A stretch of DNA of 64,000 nucleotides from NCBI RefSeq assembly GCF_963921235.1, contig NC_086097.1, forward strand, positions 234,734,001 through 234,798,000, written 5' to 3'. This DNA is from Mobula hypostoma (lineage: Eukaryota). How positions within the stretch are numbered: the stretch's first letter is position 1; each line of letters starts with the position of its first letter. The translations under genes were made by a program, and so were the position numbers. Below are positions 38,621 to 52,019 of this stretch, piece by piece. A model generated the notes under the pieces. It saw only the letters and a program-made list of their open reading frames with translations. It did no database searches and was not told the origin of the DNA.

Positions 38621-39703
38621 TATACACTCAGTGGCCACTTTATTAGGTACGTCTGTACACCTGCTTGTTAATGCAAATATTTGATCAACCAATCATGTGG
38701 CAGCAACTCAATGCATAAAAGCATGCAGACATGGTCAAGAGAATCAGTTGTTGTTCAGGCAGGAGATCACAGGCAGATAGGTCAGGTACGAGTATAATGG
38801 AGAATGAGATAAAACCTCCTTTACTGCTTTTGGATAAACCACGTATGCCATGACAATTCAATTGCTCATCCTTGCTGTGGATACAGAAACTGCTCGAGGA
38901 TCGACGACGAAGGGTAAAATCGGAAGCTGAGTTAGAGAGCTGTGTATGTGCATGTGTGGCAGCGAGGAATGGAGCTTGTTTTGCTATTGTTCTTGTGTTC
39001 CCTGTTGTTCTGCCGAGCATTGTGGGCATGCTATGTTGGTATCGTAATGTGTGAGATCACTCGCAAGCTGTCTCCAGTACACCCTCAGTTATGTTGCTTG
39101 TTAACACAAATAATGCATTTCACCGTATCTTTCAATGTACACATGTTAAATAAACTTAAATCTAGTCTTTGATGGATTTAGTCTTAACAGAGTTGTGTTG
39201 AAATGCAAAGATGATTTGCTGTCAGTTAGGCAGTAGGATTTGTAGGTTACTTCAAGACAAACACTTGCCTCTTGGAGTAATTCTCAGCTCAAGAAATATA
39301 ATCAATCGAAAGGAAATTACTTTGCAGGTTGGAATCATTATCCAAAAGAATATACCTTCAAAATGTAATTCCAGTTGCAATTTATACTTACAATATTATT
39401 CATAATGTATTGTATGACATGAAAATGCAAGGATGGCTTGAAGAGAGGGAAAATGAAATGTACTTAAATATTATGACAACTGATCTCAAAAGTATCTGCA
39501 ATCCACAAATATACATGACTTTAGTTCTTTCCAGTCATAAACAAATTTATTATTATTGTGCTTATTTTGCAGAAAGGATTACATATTATTTTTATTCAGA
39601 ATGAAATAGTATTTTTTTTTACTAATTCTGTAGTTACTTGTGCCATACACTCAATTAATGCTTTGCAGAAAAATTGAAAATGAGAAATCCATTTGGAAAC
39701 TAC

Positions 39704-39778
39704 CTCCTTTTCATCATTAAAGAGGCTAGGCAAGTTATTCTTTCTGTATCTCTTCCTCCTCACCCCCACCCACCATGG
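39704..39778 (-). CDS. Candidate internal exon (75 nt, PWWVGVRRKRYRKNNLPSLFNDEKE)
   Basis: Acceptor tgtctttttgtacag, donor GAG|gtagtt, one open frame, unique DNA. Confidence 0.25.
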
Positions 39779-40149
39779 CTGTACAAAAAGACAGGTAAAT
39801 ATGGTGAATATTGTAACATACATATTTTCATCAAAAAAAAAACAGACTTAGAAATGAGTTGAAAATCTTTCTCATTTTAAAGTAATTATTTCATTTATTT
39901 ATCCTTAGCTGATGCCATCTTTGAAGACAGCAAATCATTAAAACCAATTGAATTTTAGGGGTTCTGCTTTCCTAATATTAGAATGATGTTGACATGCATG
40001 CTTCAGCAGCAAGATATTATAAAATGGAAAGATGGAACATTACAGCAAACTTGCACAACAAGATAAAAATGAAAACAAATTGGGGTTATTTCTTCACAGA
40101 GATTTTATATGACTTGGAATAAACCTTGTGCAATAAATAAAATCCGTAT

Positions 40150-41010
40150 TTGTCTATTCCTATCAGTCCAAGAACTTCTGCAAACTCCCTGCTTCCTCAA
40201 CACTACCTACTCCTTACCTATCTTTGCAAACATGATCACAAAGCCATCAATATTGTTATCAAAATTGTTGACATTCAATGTGCATAGAAGCAATTCCAAT
40301 ACTGACGGCTGCAGAACACCGGCAGGCAACCAGAAAAAGCCCCCTTTAGTTCCACTCTTTTGCCTCCTGCCAGTCAGCAAATCTTCTATCCATGCTAGTA
40401 TCTTTCCTGTAATACCATGGGCTTTTAACTTAGTAAGTATGGCACCTTGTCAGAGGCCTTCTGGAAATCCAAGTACACAACATCAACTGACTCTTTTTTT
40501 TACCCTGACTGTTATTTTCTCAAAAAAATATCCAAGAGGTTTGTCAGACAAGATTTTCCCTTCAGGAAATCATACTGACATTGGCCTGTTTTATTATAGA
40601 ACATCGCACAGCACAGCACATAACATAACATAGTATAGGCCATCCAGCCTGCAATGTTCAGCCACTTATGTGTCTCTAGGTACCCTGAAACTTCACCCTT
40701 AATAATACGCTCCAACATCTTCGCAACCACTGACTCTAACTGGCCAATATTTTAAATTCTTCTGCTCCCTCCCTTCTTGAAGAGTGGAGTGACCTTTGCA
40801 GCTTTCCAGTCCTCCCCAAACTATTCCAGAATCCAGTGATTTGTGAAAGATTATTACTAATGCCTCCTCAATCACTTCAGCTACCTCTGTCAAAGCCCTA
40901 GCGTGTAGGCCATCTGGCCCAAGTGAATTATCTACCTTCAGATCTCTCAGGTTCCCAAACACCTTCTCCTTAGTAATAGCAAGAACACTCACTTCTGCCC
41001 TCTGACACAT
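40150..41010 (-). mobile_element. Degenerate CR1 RT fragment
   Basis: LGPDGLH and KGKSCLTNLL motifs. Confidence 0.8.
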
Positions 41011-41499
41011 TCTAGAAAATTGGATCAGCCATGATGAAATGGCGGAGCAGACTCAATGGATTAAATGGCTTATTTTTGCTCCAATATCTTATGTTCTTTA
41101 GGTCTACTATACATCTGAAACAAAATTACAGAAAAAAAACAGACTTTGGATCATTCCAACTGCTTTACCTGCATTACTGACATTTTATTACCTTGTCACT
41201 TGGGATTAAGTTTCTTATTGTCATACTGTACATTCATATAACGTTAAGCATATAATATTCTTTTGTGAGTCCCTAACTATCTCAATACAATTATGCTTTG
41301 AGATTTATTCTATGCAGTATAGTGCTGATAATCCTAATTTAATTTTTGGAAGTGCTGTTGGATTCCTCTCTCTGGCTGAAGATCAGCCATCCTAAAACAT
41401 GCAGTGGCTTTTATATTCAAGCACTAAGAGAGGGAAAGAACTATAAATCTTTTCAGCAATGTTGGATAATTTACGTTCATCATTTATCAAGCAAACCAT

Positions 41500-43960
41500 T
41501 TCAATTCTTGAAGAGGAAATTTAAATATAAAAGCAAAATCCTGTAAAAAAGTCATTAAGAAGGTAAAGATAGAATACAAAAGTAAATTAGCCAATAATAT
41601 TAAAGAGGTTACCAAATGTTCCTTCAGATGCATAACATGTAAAAGCGAATGGATATCAGACTGCAGGAAAACGATGCTGGAGAGGTATGTCAGAACCAGA
41701 ATCAGGATTATTATCACTGGCGTGTGACGTGAAATTTATTAACTTAGCAACAGCAGTTATATGCAATACATAATCTAGCAGAGAGAAAAAAAATAAATAA
41801 AATAAAACATAATAAATAAACAAGTATATCAATTATGTATATTGAACACATTTTTTTAAAAAAGGTGCAGAAACAGAAATACTGTATATTAAAAAAAAAG
41901 TGAGGTAGTGTCCAAAGCTTCAATGTCTATTTAGGAATTGGATGGCAGAGGGGAAGAAGCTGTTCCTGAATCGCTGAGTGTGTGCCTTCAAGCTTCTGTA
42001 CCTCCTACCTGATGGTAACAGTGAGAAAAGTGGGAACAAGCAAATGGCGGATGAATTTAAGAAGTATTTTGCATCAGTTTTCACCGTGGAAGACACTAGC
42101 AGTATGGTGGAACTTGCAGGTGTCAGTGGTCATGAAGTGAGTGAATTTACCATTATTAGAGAGAAGGTTCTTGGGAAACTGAAAGGTCTGAAGTTAGGTT
42201 AGATTAGGTTAGATTAGATTCAACTTTATTGTCATTGTGCCAAGTACAGATGCAAAGCCAATGAAATGCAGTTAGCATCTAACCAGAAATACAAAGAATA
42301 GTGTTATTTACAAAATAGCTGTGAATAAAAAGTGAGTGCTACAGCACACAAATATAAAAGTGCTGAGACAGTACAATATGGGTGCAATACTGCTTAGTGC
42401 TGTGATGTGAGGTTCAGCAGGGTCACAGCCTCAGGGAAGAAGCTCTTCCTGTGCCTGCTGGTGCGGGAGCGGAGGCTCCTGAGGTGCCTACCAGATGGGA
42501 GGAGAGTAAAAAGTCCATGGTTAGGGTGAGATGCAACCTTGATAATGTTTTTCGCCCTGCCCAGGCAGCGTTTATGACAGATGTTCTCAATGGTGGGCAA
42601 TTGGGTGCCGATAATCTGCTGAGCAGTTTTCATCACACGCTGGAGCACTTTGCAGTCCGATACGGGACAATTGACATACCACACTGAGATGCAGTTGGTG
42701 AGTATGCTCTCAATAGTACTGAGGTAAAAGTCGGTCAGTATCCTGGGACAGAGGTGAGCTTTCTTGATGCTCCACAGGAATTAAAGGCACTGTTGCTCCT
42801 TTTTGATCAGGATGGAGTAGTTCAGGGACCAGGTGAGGTCCTCGGAAGTGTGGCCACCAAGGAATTTGAAGCTTGATACATGTTCCACTGCAGCTCCGTT
42901 GATGTAGATGGGGATGTGAGTGTGACACATTGACCAGATGGTGTACAGAGTTCTGAAAGAGGTGGCTGAAGAGATCATGGAGACATTAGTAATATCTTTC
43001 AAGAATCACTAAATTTTGGAATGATTCTGCAAGACTGGAAAATTGCAAATGTCACTCCACTCTTCAAGAAGGGAGAGAGGCAGAAGAAGATAAATTATAG
43101 GCCAGTTAATCTTACATCAGTGGTTTGGAAGGTGTTGGTGTCAATTGTTGAGGTCTCAGGGTACTTGCAGGCACATAAGCCATAGTCAGCATAGTTTCCT
43201 CAAGGAAAAATATTGCCTGACAAATATGTTGGAATTCTTTGAAGAAATAACAAACAGGATAGACAGAGCAGAATTGGTTGATGTTGTGTACTTGGATTTT
43301 CAGAAAGCAATTGACAAGGTGACATAGATGAGGCTGCTTAACAAACTACAATCCCATGGTATTACAGGAAAGATTCAAGCATCAATAAAGCAGTGGCGGG
43401 TTGGCAGGAAGTAAAGAATGGGAATAATGGAAGCCTTTCTGTTTGGCTGCCGGGGACTAGTGGTGTTCCACAGAGCTCTGTGTTGGAATCAATTCTTCTT
43501 ATGTTATATGTCAATGATTTGGATAATGAAATTGATGGCTTTATTGTAGAGTTTGCAGATGACATAAACACAGATGATGGGGTATTTAGTTTTGAGGAAG
43601 TAGAGAGACTACAGAAGATTTAAGAGAGATTAGGAGAATGGGCAAAGAAGTGGCAGATTAAGTACAGTGTCAGGAAATATATGGTCATGCATTTTAGTAG
43701 AGAAATGAAAGGGTTGACTATTTTTTAAATGGAGAGAAAGTTTAAAAAAACGATGTGCAAAGGGACTTGGGACTCCTTGTACAAGATTCCCTAAACGTTA
43801 ATTTGTAGGTTGAGTCTGTGGCGAGGATGTGCAAATGTAATGTTAACATTCATTTCAAGAGGACTAGAATATAAAAGCAAAGATGTAATGTTCAGACTTT
43901 ATAAAGCACTAGTGAGGCCTCACTTGGGGTACTGTGAGCAGTTTTGGGACATTTATCGTA
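41500..43960 (+). mobile_element. Degenerate CR1 with nested Rex1-type fragments at 41690-42025 and 42195-42930
   Basis: YFASVFTVED, YLDFQKAIDKV, GVPQSSVL, FADD, LYKALVRPHL. Confidence 0.85.
42195..42930 (-). mobile_element. Rex1/Babar 3' fragment
   Basis: VSSFKFLG, LQRVMKTAQQIIG, HPNHGLFTLLPSGR, SFFPEAV; (aatct)n tail. Confidence 0.88.
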
Positions 43961-44500
43961 GGTCCAGTTTTTCTCTTTTTTTGTTCACAACAGTCAGTGT
44001 CGTGACATTCATGTGAAATTGTCAAGCTGTCATCACTTCAAAAGTCAGGTACACAGACAAATAACTGCAATTTTTAATGAAAGTCTAAACTTGGAATTTT
44101 CTTTCTGCAGAAATCAGTCAGGATGCTAAATGGTTGCAGTATTTCTGTTCTTATTTTGGTTTCCAGCATTCGCAGCATCTTACTTTTGAATGAGTAACAA
44201 ATCCCCTAATCTTTCGCACAGAGATAGCTCAGTTATTCCTTTCCCTTTCAGATTGGGCAGCAGTTAAATCAACACAATTTCCACACTGTGTGACAATTAA
44301 AGTGCATCTTCACCTCCTAACACTTCCAGTGAGCTGTTACCTTTCACTGAACACTGGTGAATAGTTTAAAGATTAGATAGAATGTGAATGCCCCAGTTCC
44401 TACAGAGATTCAATGCATTCAAATGTTTTCAATTTTCACTTGGCAAGAGTTGCTGAACTCATTAAAGAGTGTGAACACGTGTAGTGAGATCACAATTTTG

Positions 44501-44734
44501 ATCTTGGCTCCGTCCCTCCCCCTCCTGTCTTCCCCTATCATTTTGGATCTCCCCCTCCCCCTGCCACTTTCAAATCTCTTACTAGCTCTTCCTTCAGTTA
44601 GTCCTGACGAAGGGTCTCGGCCTGAAACGTCGACTGCACCTCTTCCTACAGATGCTGCCTGGCCTGCTGTGTTCACCAGCAACTTTGATGTGTGTTGCTT
44701 GAATTTCCAGCATCTGCAGAATTCCTCGTGTTTA
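44501..44734 (+). mobile_element. Short PLE 3' insertion (duplicate at 46086-46319)
   Basis: 14-bp TSD agatcacaattttg at 44487-44500 and 44735-44748. Confidence 0.9.
44600..44635 (+). ncRNA. Minimal hammerhead ribozyme, intact core
   Basis: agtcctgacgaagggtctcggcctgaaacgtcgact. Confidence 0.85.
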
Positions 44735-46184
44735 AGATCACAATTTTGTCTTGTTTTACTTAACTTTCTGCAAAGATACTCCAGTCAAATGGAAAAGTGG
44801 GGCAGCACGGTGTCATAGTAGTTAGCACAACACTACACAGTACCAGTGACTACGGTTCAATGGCTGAGCAAGATGTTTAGGTATTAATTAATAATTAATA
44901 ACAACATTTATGATTATTATGATTATGAGGACACACAGTCCCCTTGTATTGTCATTCAGTAATGCAGGCATTAAGAAATGATACAATGTATTTCCAGAAT
45001 GATATCACGAAAACACATGACAAACCGACTACAAAAACCACATAATTATAACATACAGTTACAACAGTGCAAAGCAATACCGTAATTTGATAAGAACAGA
45101 CCATGGCACAGTAGAAATCTCAAAGTCTCTCGAAAGTCCCATCATCTCACGCAAACCTCCAGCATCCTGGAAGCATCCGACCACAGTCCGACTCCGAGTC
45201 CGTCCGAAAAACTCCGAGTCTCCGACCAGCTCTCCGACACCGAGCAACGAGCACCATCTCTGCCGAGCGCTTCGATCCCAGCCCCGGCAACAGGCAATAC
45301 GCAAAACCGAGGATTTGGGGCCTTCGTCTCCGGACATTCTCGATTGCACAGTAGCAGCGACAGCGAAGCAGGCATTAAAGAAGTTACTCCAGATGTTCCT
45401 CTGCACTTCTCACGACTGTCTCCATCAAATCAGGATTGTGCATGGCCCCCTAGTTACACATAATCGATATTCATTCGGAACGGCTGCGTGCACTGCGTCG
45501 TGCCGCCATCTTCTCATCCCTCCTTTTTACTAGACACTTGCACAGGTACTGGGATAGGAAAGGATTATTTGTGTACCTGTTCAAGTGTCTATTGAATGCT
45601 GTTGTTAATAATCAATTAAACAACATTTAATACATGGATGGAAAAGGTTTAGACCAGAGGTTCCCAACCTGGAGTCCACAAACCCCTTTCTGCAGAAATC
45701 AGTCAGGATGCTAAATGGTTGCAGTATTTCTGTTCTTATTTTGGTTTCCAGCATTCGCAGCATCTTACTTTTGAATGAGTAACAAATCCCCTAATCTTTC
45801 GCACAGAGATAGCTCAGTTATTCCTTTCCCTTTCAGATTGGGCAGCAGTTAAATCAACACAATTTCCACACTGTGTGACAATTAAAGTGCATCTTCACCT
45901 CCTAACACTTCCAGTGAGCTGTTACCTTTCACTGAACACTGGTGAATAGTTTAAAGATTAGATAGAATGTGAATGCCCCAGTTCCTACAGAGATTCAATG
46001 CATTCAAATGTTTTCAATTTTCACTTGGCAAGAGTTGCTGAACTCATTAAAGAGTGTGAACACGTGTAGTGAGATCACAATTTTGATCTTGGCTCCGTCC
46101 CTCCCCCTCCTGTCTTCCCCTATCATTTTGGATCTCCCCCTCCCCCTGCCACTTTCAAATCTCTTACTAGCTCTTCCTTCAGTT

Positions 46185-46220
46185 AGTCCTGACGAAGGGT
46201 CTCGGCCCAAAACATCGACT
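46185..46220 (+). ncRNA. Hammerhead with mutated core (GAAA to AAAA, GUC to AUC)
   Basis: agtcctgacgaagggtctcggcccaaaacatcgact. Confidence 0.7.
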
Positions 46221-47239
46221 GTACCGCTTCCTAGAGATGCTGCCTGGCCTGCTGTGTTCACCAGCAACTTTGATGTGTGTTGCTTGAATTTCCAGCATCT
46301 GCAGAATTCCTCGTGTTTAAGATCACAATTTTGTCTTGTTTTACTTAACTTTCTGCAAAGATACTCCAGTCAAATGGAAAAGTGGGGCAGCACGGTGTCA
46401 TAGTAGTTAGCACAACACTACACAGTACCAGTGACTAGGGTTCAATGGCTGAGCAAGATGTTTAGGTATTAATTAATAATTAATAACAACATTTATGATT
46501 ATTATGATTATGAGGACACACAGTCCCCTTGTATTGTCATTCAGTAATGCAGGCATTAAGAAATGATACAATGTATTTCCAGAATGATATCACGAAAACA
46601 CATGACAAACCGACTACAAAAACCACATAATTATAACATACAGTTACAACAGTGCAAAGCAATACCGTAATTTGATAAGAACAGACCATGGCACAGTAGA
46701 AATCTCAAAGTCTCTCGAAAGTCCCATCATCTCACGCAAACCTCCAGCATCCTGGAAGCATCCGACCACAGTCCGACTCCGAGTCCGTCCGAAAAACTCC
46801 AAGTCTCCGACCAGCTCTCCGACACCGAGCACCGAGCACCATCTCTGCCGAGCGCTTCGATCCCAGCCCCGGCAACAGGCAATACGCAAAGCCGAGGATT
46901 TGGGGCCTTCGTCTCCGGACATTCTCGATTGCACAGTAGCAGCGACAGCGAAGCAGGCATTAAAGAAGTTACTCCAGATGTTCCTCTGCACTTCTCACGA
47001 CTGTCTCCATCAAATCAGGATTGTGCATGGCCCCCTAGTTACACATAATCGATATTCATTCGGAACGGCTGCGTGCACTGCGTCGCGCCGCCATCTTCTC
47101 ATCCCTCCTTTTTACTAGACACTTGCACAGGTACTGGGATAGGAAAGGATTATTTGTGTACCTGTTCAAGTGTCTATTGAATGCTGTTGTTAATAATCAA
47201 TTAAACAACATTTAATACATGGATGGAAAAGGTTTAGAC

Positions 47240-47320
47240 CAGAGGTTCCCAACTTGGAGTCCACAAACCCCTTGCTTAATGGTAATTGGTCCATGGCATA
47301 AAAAAGGTTGGGTTATCCTG
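47240..47320. mobile_element. hAT MITE (half copy at 45655-45688)
   Basis: cagaggttcccaac...gttgggttatcctg; same family as 57226-57304. Confidence 0.7.
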
Positions 47321-48135
47321 ATCTACAGGGATATAGGTCAGATGTGGCAAATGGGATTAGCTTAGATAGACATCTCGGTCAGCATAGATGAGTTGAGCTG
47401 AAGGGGCTGTTTTCAAGCAGTATGGCTCTAAGTCAAATCAAATCAAATCAAGTTTAACAATCATTCAGACCACACATGGATACATTCGAAAATGGATACA
47501 GCATCCCTCTGGGGCCAAGGTGTTTAACATATGTTCATAATAGTGAGAGGGAGGGAAAAAAAACAAACACACACACATTATTACACAAGAAAACACATGT
47601 ATAGTCCTAGTCCCTGAGTGACATTTAAATTGATGGTGCAGTTCCCAGCTTGTCATTCTACCAGTCGAGCTCTGGGGGGGCAGCACAGACAGGAGCGGCC
47701 AGCTCCCAATCGAGCACAGATACCACAGTACACCACCTCCAGCGTCGTCTCACCTGGACTGCATCAGCAGGCAAGCCTGCTTGAGGCCTTGACCTTGACT
47801 TCATTACAACCGAGGCCATGCTGCTGCCTTGTCGTCTGTCTGAAATAAAGGAAAAGGCCTGCAGCATCTCACATTATCAATGTCCAACAAAGACTTGCAA
47901 TTTGCAAGAGAAACGTCTGAAGCAGTCACTCATGGTTACACTGCACACTGGGTTTGTGCACCAGCCCTGATTTCTTCGAGTAGCAGGCAGCAGCACAGTC
48001 TGCACCCAGATGAGCTCCTCTGCACCCATGCTGGCCCGTCCACCAGCTTCTCCTTCTCCTGGCTGAACATCAGCTTCTCCTCCTGGCCGAACACCAACTT
48101 CTCCATCTCCCGGCCATCTGACGGCTTCTCTTACT

Positions 48136-49868
48136 CAATAGACAATAGACAATAGGTGCAAAAGTAGACCATTCAGCCCTTCAAGCCTGCAACGTCATTC
48201 TGAGATCATGGCTGATCATCTACTATCAATACCCGGTTCCTGCCTTGTCCCCATAACCCTTGATTCCCCTATCCATAAGATACCTATCTAGCTCCTTCTT
48301 GAAAGCATCCAGAGAATTAGCCTCCACTGCCTTCTGAGGCAGCGCGTTCCACACATCCACAACTCTCTGGGAGAAGAAGTTCCTCCTCAACTCTGTCCTA
48401 AATGACCTACCCCTTATTCTTAAACCATGCCTTCTGGTACTGGACTCTCCCAGCATATGGAACATATTTCCTGCCTCTATCTTGTCCAATCCCTTAATAA
48501 TCTTATATGTCTCAATCAGATCCCCCCTCAATCTCCTTAATTCCAGCATGTACAAGCCCAGTCTCTCTAACCTCTCTGCGTAAGACAGTCCGGACATCCC
48601 AGGAATTAACCTAGTGAACCTACGCTGCATCTCCTCCACAGCCAGGATGTCCTTCCTTAACCCTGGAGACCAAAACTGCACACAATACTCCAGGTGTGGT
48701 CTCACCAGGGCCCTGTACAAATGCAAAAGGATTTCCTTGCTCTTGTACTCAATTCCCTTTGTAATAAAGGCTAACATTCCATTAGCCTTCTTCACTGCCT
48801 GCTGCACTTGCTCATTCACCTTCAGAGACTGATGAACAAGTACTCCTAGATCTCTTTGTATTTCTCCCTTACCTAACTCCACACCGTTCAGATAATAATC
48901 TGCCTTCCTGTTCTTGCTCTCAAAGTGAATAACCTCACACTTATTCACATTAAACGTCATCTGCCAAGTTTCTGCCCACTCATTCAGCCTATCCAAATCA
49001 CCTTGAATTCTCCTAACATCCTCATCACATGACACACTGCCACCCAGTTTAGTATCATCAGCAAACTTACTGATGTTATTCACAATGCCTTCCTCTAAAT
49101 CACTGACGTAAATCGTAAACAGCTGTGGTCCCAATACCGAGCCCTGTGGCACCCCACTAGTCACCGCCTGCATTCCGAGAAACACCCATTTACTGCTACC
49201 CTTTGCTTTCTATCTGCCAACCAGTTTTCTATCCATGTCAATATCTTCCCCCCAATGCCATGAGCTCTGATTTTACCCACCAATCTCCTATGTGGTACCT
49301 TATCAAATGCCTTCTGAAAGTCAAAGTACACCACATCCACTGGATCTCCCGCGTCTATCTTCCTGGTTACATCCTCGAAAAACTCCAATAGATTAGTCAA
49401 GCATGATTTGCCCTCGGTAAATCCATGCTGGCTCGGCCCAATCCTATCACTGCTATCAAGACATGCCGCTATTTCATCTTTAATAATGGACTCTAGCATC
49501 TTCCCCACTACTGATGTTAGGCTAATAGGGCAATAATTCTCTGTTTTCTCCCTCCCTCCTTTCTTAAAAAGTGGGATAACATTAGCCATTCGCCAATCCT
49601 CAGGAACTGATCCTGAATCTAAGGAACATTGAAAAATGATCACCAATGCATCCGCAATTTCCAGAGCCACCTCCTTTAGTACCCTAGGATACAGACCATC
49701 TGGACCTGGGGATTTGTTAGCCTTCAGTCCCATCAGTCTGCTCATCACCGTTTCCTTCCTAACGTCAATCTGTTTCAGTTCCTCTGTTCCCCTATGTCCT
49801 TGGCCCATCCATACATCTGGGAGATTGCTTGTGTCTTCCCCAGTGAAGACAGATCCAAAGTACTTATT
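48136..49868 (-). mobile_element. Young 5'-truncated CR1 (RT ORFs 49161-49913 and 48226-49185, one frameshift)
   Basis: [36 protein letters not shown]; (ctattgt)n tail. Confidence 0.95.
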
Positions 49869-51029
49869 ATTCTCATAGCCAAGCGCTGACTTCTCCTTCT
49901 CCCAGCCATTCACCAGTTCTCCTTCTCTGAGCCAACCGCTGGCTTCTCCTTCTCCAACTTATCTGCCAGCCCTTTCAACACCCCATCCGGCAGCTCTGAA
50001 CAACAAACAGATCACTGATGCGGTAGATAATCTGCTGTCCCTGTTGTTCTTGGAGTGCAGTATAGTCTTACAGTCATATTAAAACACATTTTAAAAAGAA
50101 AAGTGCACAAACTCTAAACTATTTTAAAATTGACACCAAAATTCAGTTATATTTGCTATGTCAACAGCAGGTAAGATTTGCTTTAATCAGAGTTTTTTTT
50201 CCAGTTTATTTTATTTGGTGATACAGCACAGTAATCAGCCCTTCCTGCCGGACCAAGTCACGCTGTCCAATTACACCCGTGTGACCATGGGTGTTACCAA
50301 CTAAGCCCCGAAGGAATCCCATGCGGTCATGAGGAGAACATCCATGCTCCTTACAGGAGTTTACAGTTTATAAAATTTTATGATCTTTCAATCACAATTT
50401 TTTTGCCACTGGTTTGCTCCAAAAAATTTTTAAGATAATTGCAGATTTCAAGAGAAATAGCGACACTCACATTAGACTCCATCGTGGGCAATACTTGAGA
50501 ATGCCTTTCTTTTGTTGTGGGAATGATTTATCATTTGCTTTTTCACTATCATCATCACCATCATGTGCCGTGTCACATGATGTGGGCACTGTGGTCTTTC
50601 CGTGTCCATAATTATTCTTGGAAAATGTTTCCTCAGAAGTGGTTTGTCTTTGCCCTCGTCTGGACAGAGACTTTACAAAAAGGGTATCCACAGCCAGTAT
50701 CAATACTTTTCAGAGATTGTCTGCTAATGGTTGCATAACCAGAGCTATGCACCAGCTGCTCATACGACCATCCGCCACTGGTTCCCATGCGTCGCGAGAC
50801 CCTGATTTTGGGCTAAGCAGGTGCTACATCGAGGGTGACCTGCAGCTGGCGGGGAGAAGGAGCACCTTACACCTTCTTTGGTAGAGACGTATCTCCACCC
50901 CACCACTTCACTGTAGGTATCAAATAAAAGAATGAAAATAAAAACTTCAAAAGTTTTCAAAATTGAATCAGGTCAGTGTTTTATACCCTTAGGAATCGTA
51001 CAGTCCCCAATTGCCAAGTCAGTTTTATA

Positions 51030-51315
51030 AAGCAGCACAATAGTGTAGTGGTTAGCACCACACCTTACAGTACAGGCGGTGGAGTTCGATTCCCGACGCT
51101 GCCTGTAAGACATTTGTATGCTCTCCCCATGACCAGGTGGGTTTCTTCCGGGTGCTCCAGTTTCCTCCCACAGTCCAAAGTCGTAGCAGTTGGTAGGTTA
51201 GGTCATTTTAAATTGTCCCGTGATTAGGCTCTGTTTAAAAATTGATGTGAAACTGGGCAGCACAGCTCAAAGGACTGGAAGGGCCTACTCCATGCTGGAT
51301 CGCGGTAAATAAAAA
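51030..51315 (+). mobile_element. tRNA-derived SINE
   Basis: A-box-like tagtgtagtgg, B-box-like gagttcgattccc, A-rich end. Confidence 0.75.
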
Positions 51316-52019
51316 CAAACTAATACATTTGAGCAACCTTGAGCAACCTTATTCATGTCTGAACAAAGTAAACTCTTTATTTCTCACATTAAGCTAAATT
51401 TAATGTTAGTACAATCAGGAAAATGCCTCAGAAGCCGAAGGTAAATCAGAAAAGATTTTTCATCCCGTTAAGAAGACCTTTTTGTAAGTTGTTGTGATAA
51501 ACTAAAAGATAATAATCAATGTACCGTACATGTTTTATAACAGGTCGTTATGTTGTTTACTTTAATGGTCATCAGTAAAAATGAATTCAATTTTCTGTAA
51601 ATTTGAAAACACAGTGATCACTTTGATACTGCATTACAGATTCAAATGGACAACATTGATCTAACTGCACGTCACACGTCTTTGCTGATTTTGAAATCAG
51701 TGGAACTGACAGCACAAAGAGGTGATCTTTAGGCAGCTACAGCAATATCACCAATCACAGCGCACTTCCTACGTTACTATGTGATTATGTCAATAGCTCT
51801 AAAGTACTTTAGAATATCCTGAAGACATGAAAGGCACTATAAAAAGCCAAGTTGTTTTCAATAATAATGCTTGTTATATGTGATCAGATTTTAGTATGTG
51901 CATTGTGAGACTGCAGCTACTGCTCTTTCATTTCAACCTCTGATTGTTTGGGTGGAAGGTACTTTCTCCTGGTTTATTTTCCTTCTTTTGCTTCTACTTC
52001 CTAAGAAATTTGTGAAGAT

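Larger units (their letters stand above)
44101..47273. repeat. Recent tandem duplication, 2 x 1585 bp
   Basis: 44101-45685 matches 45686-47270; ORF pairs are offset by exactly 1585; ctt microhomology at the junction. Confidence 0.95.

Noticed and set aside
39669..39794. Plus-strand 126-nt exon candidate (ttgcag...CAG|gtaaat)
   Set aside because: Weak polypyrimidine tract, no recognisable peptide, and it overlaps the minus-strand candidate; it cannot be resolved without RNA data.
44384..47118. Paired 144-aa and 148-aa ORFs as duplicated genes
   Set aside because: They are frames over non-coding repeats inside the tandem duplication.
50467..50703. ORF ending near a gtgagt donor
   Set aside because: Most of it lies in a SINE-like repeat shared with 21085-21365, and there is no good acceptor.
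51030..51100. tRNA gene
   Set aside because: It has A and B boxes only, no cloverleaf, and continues into a SINE body.
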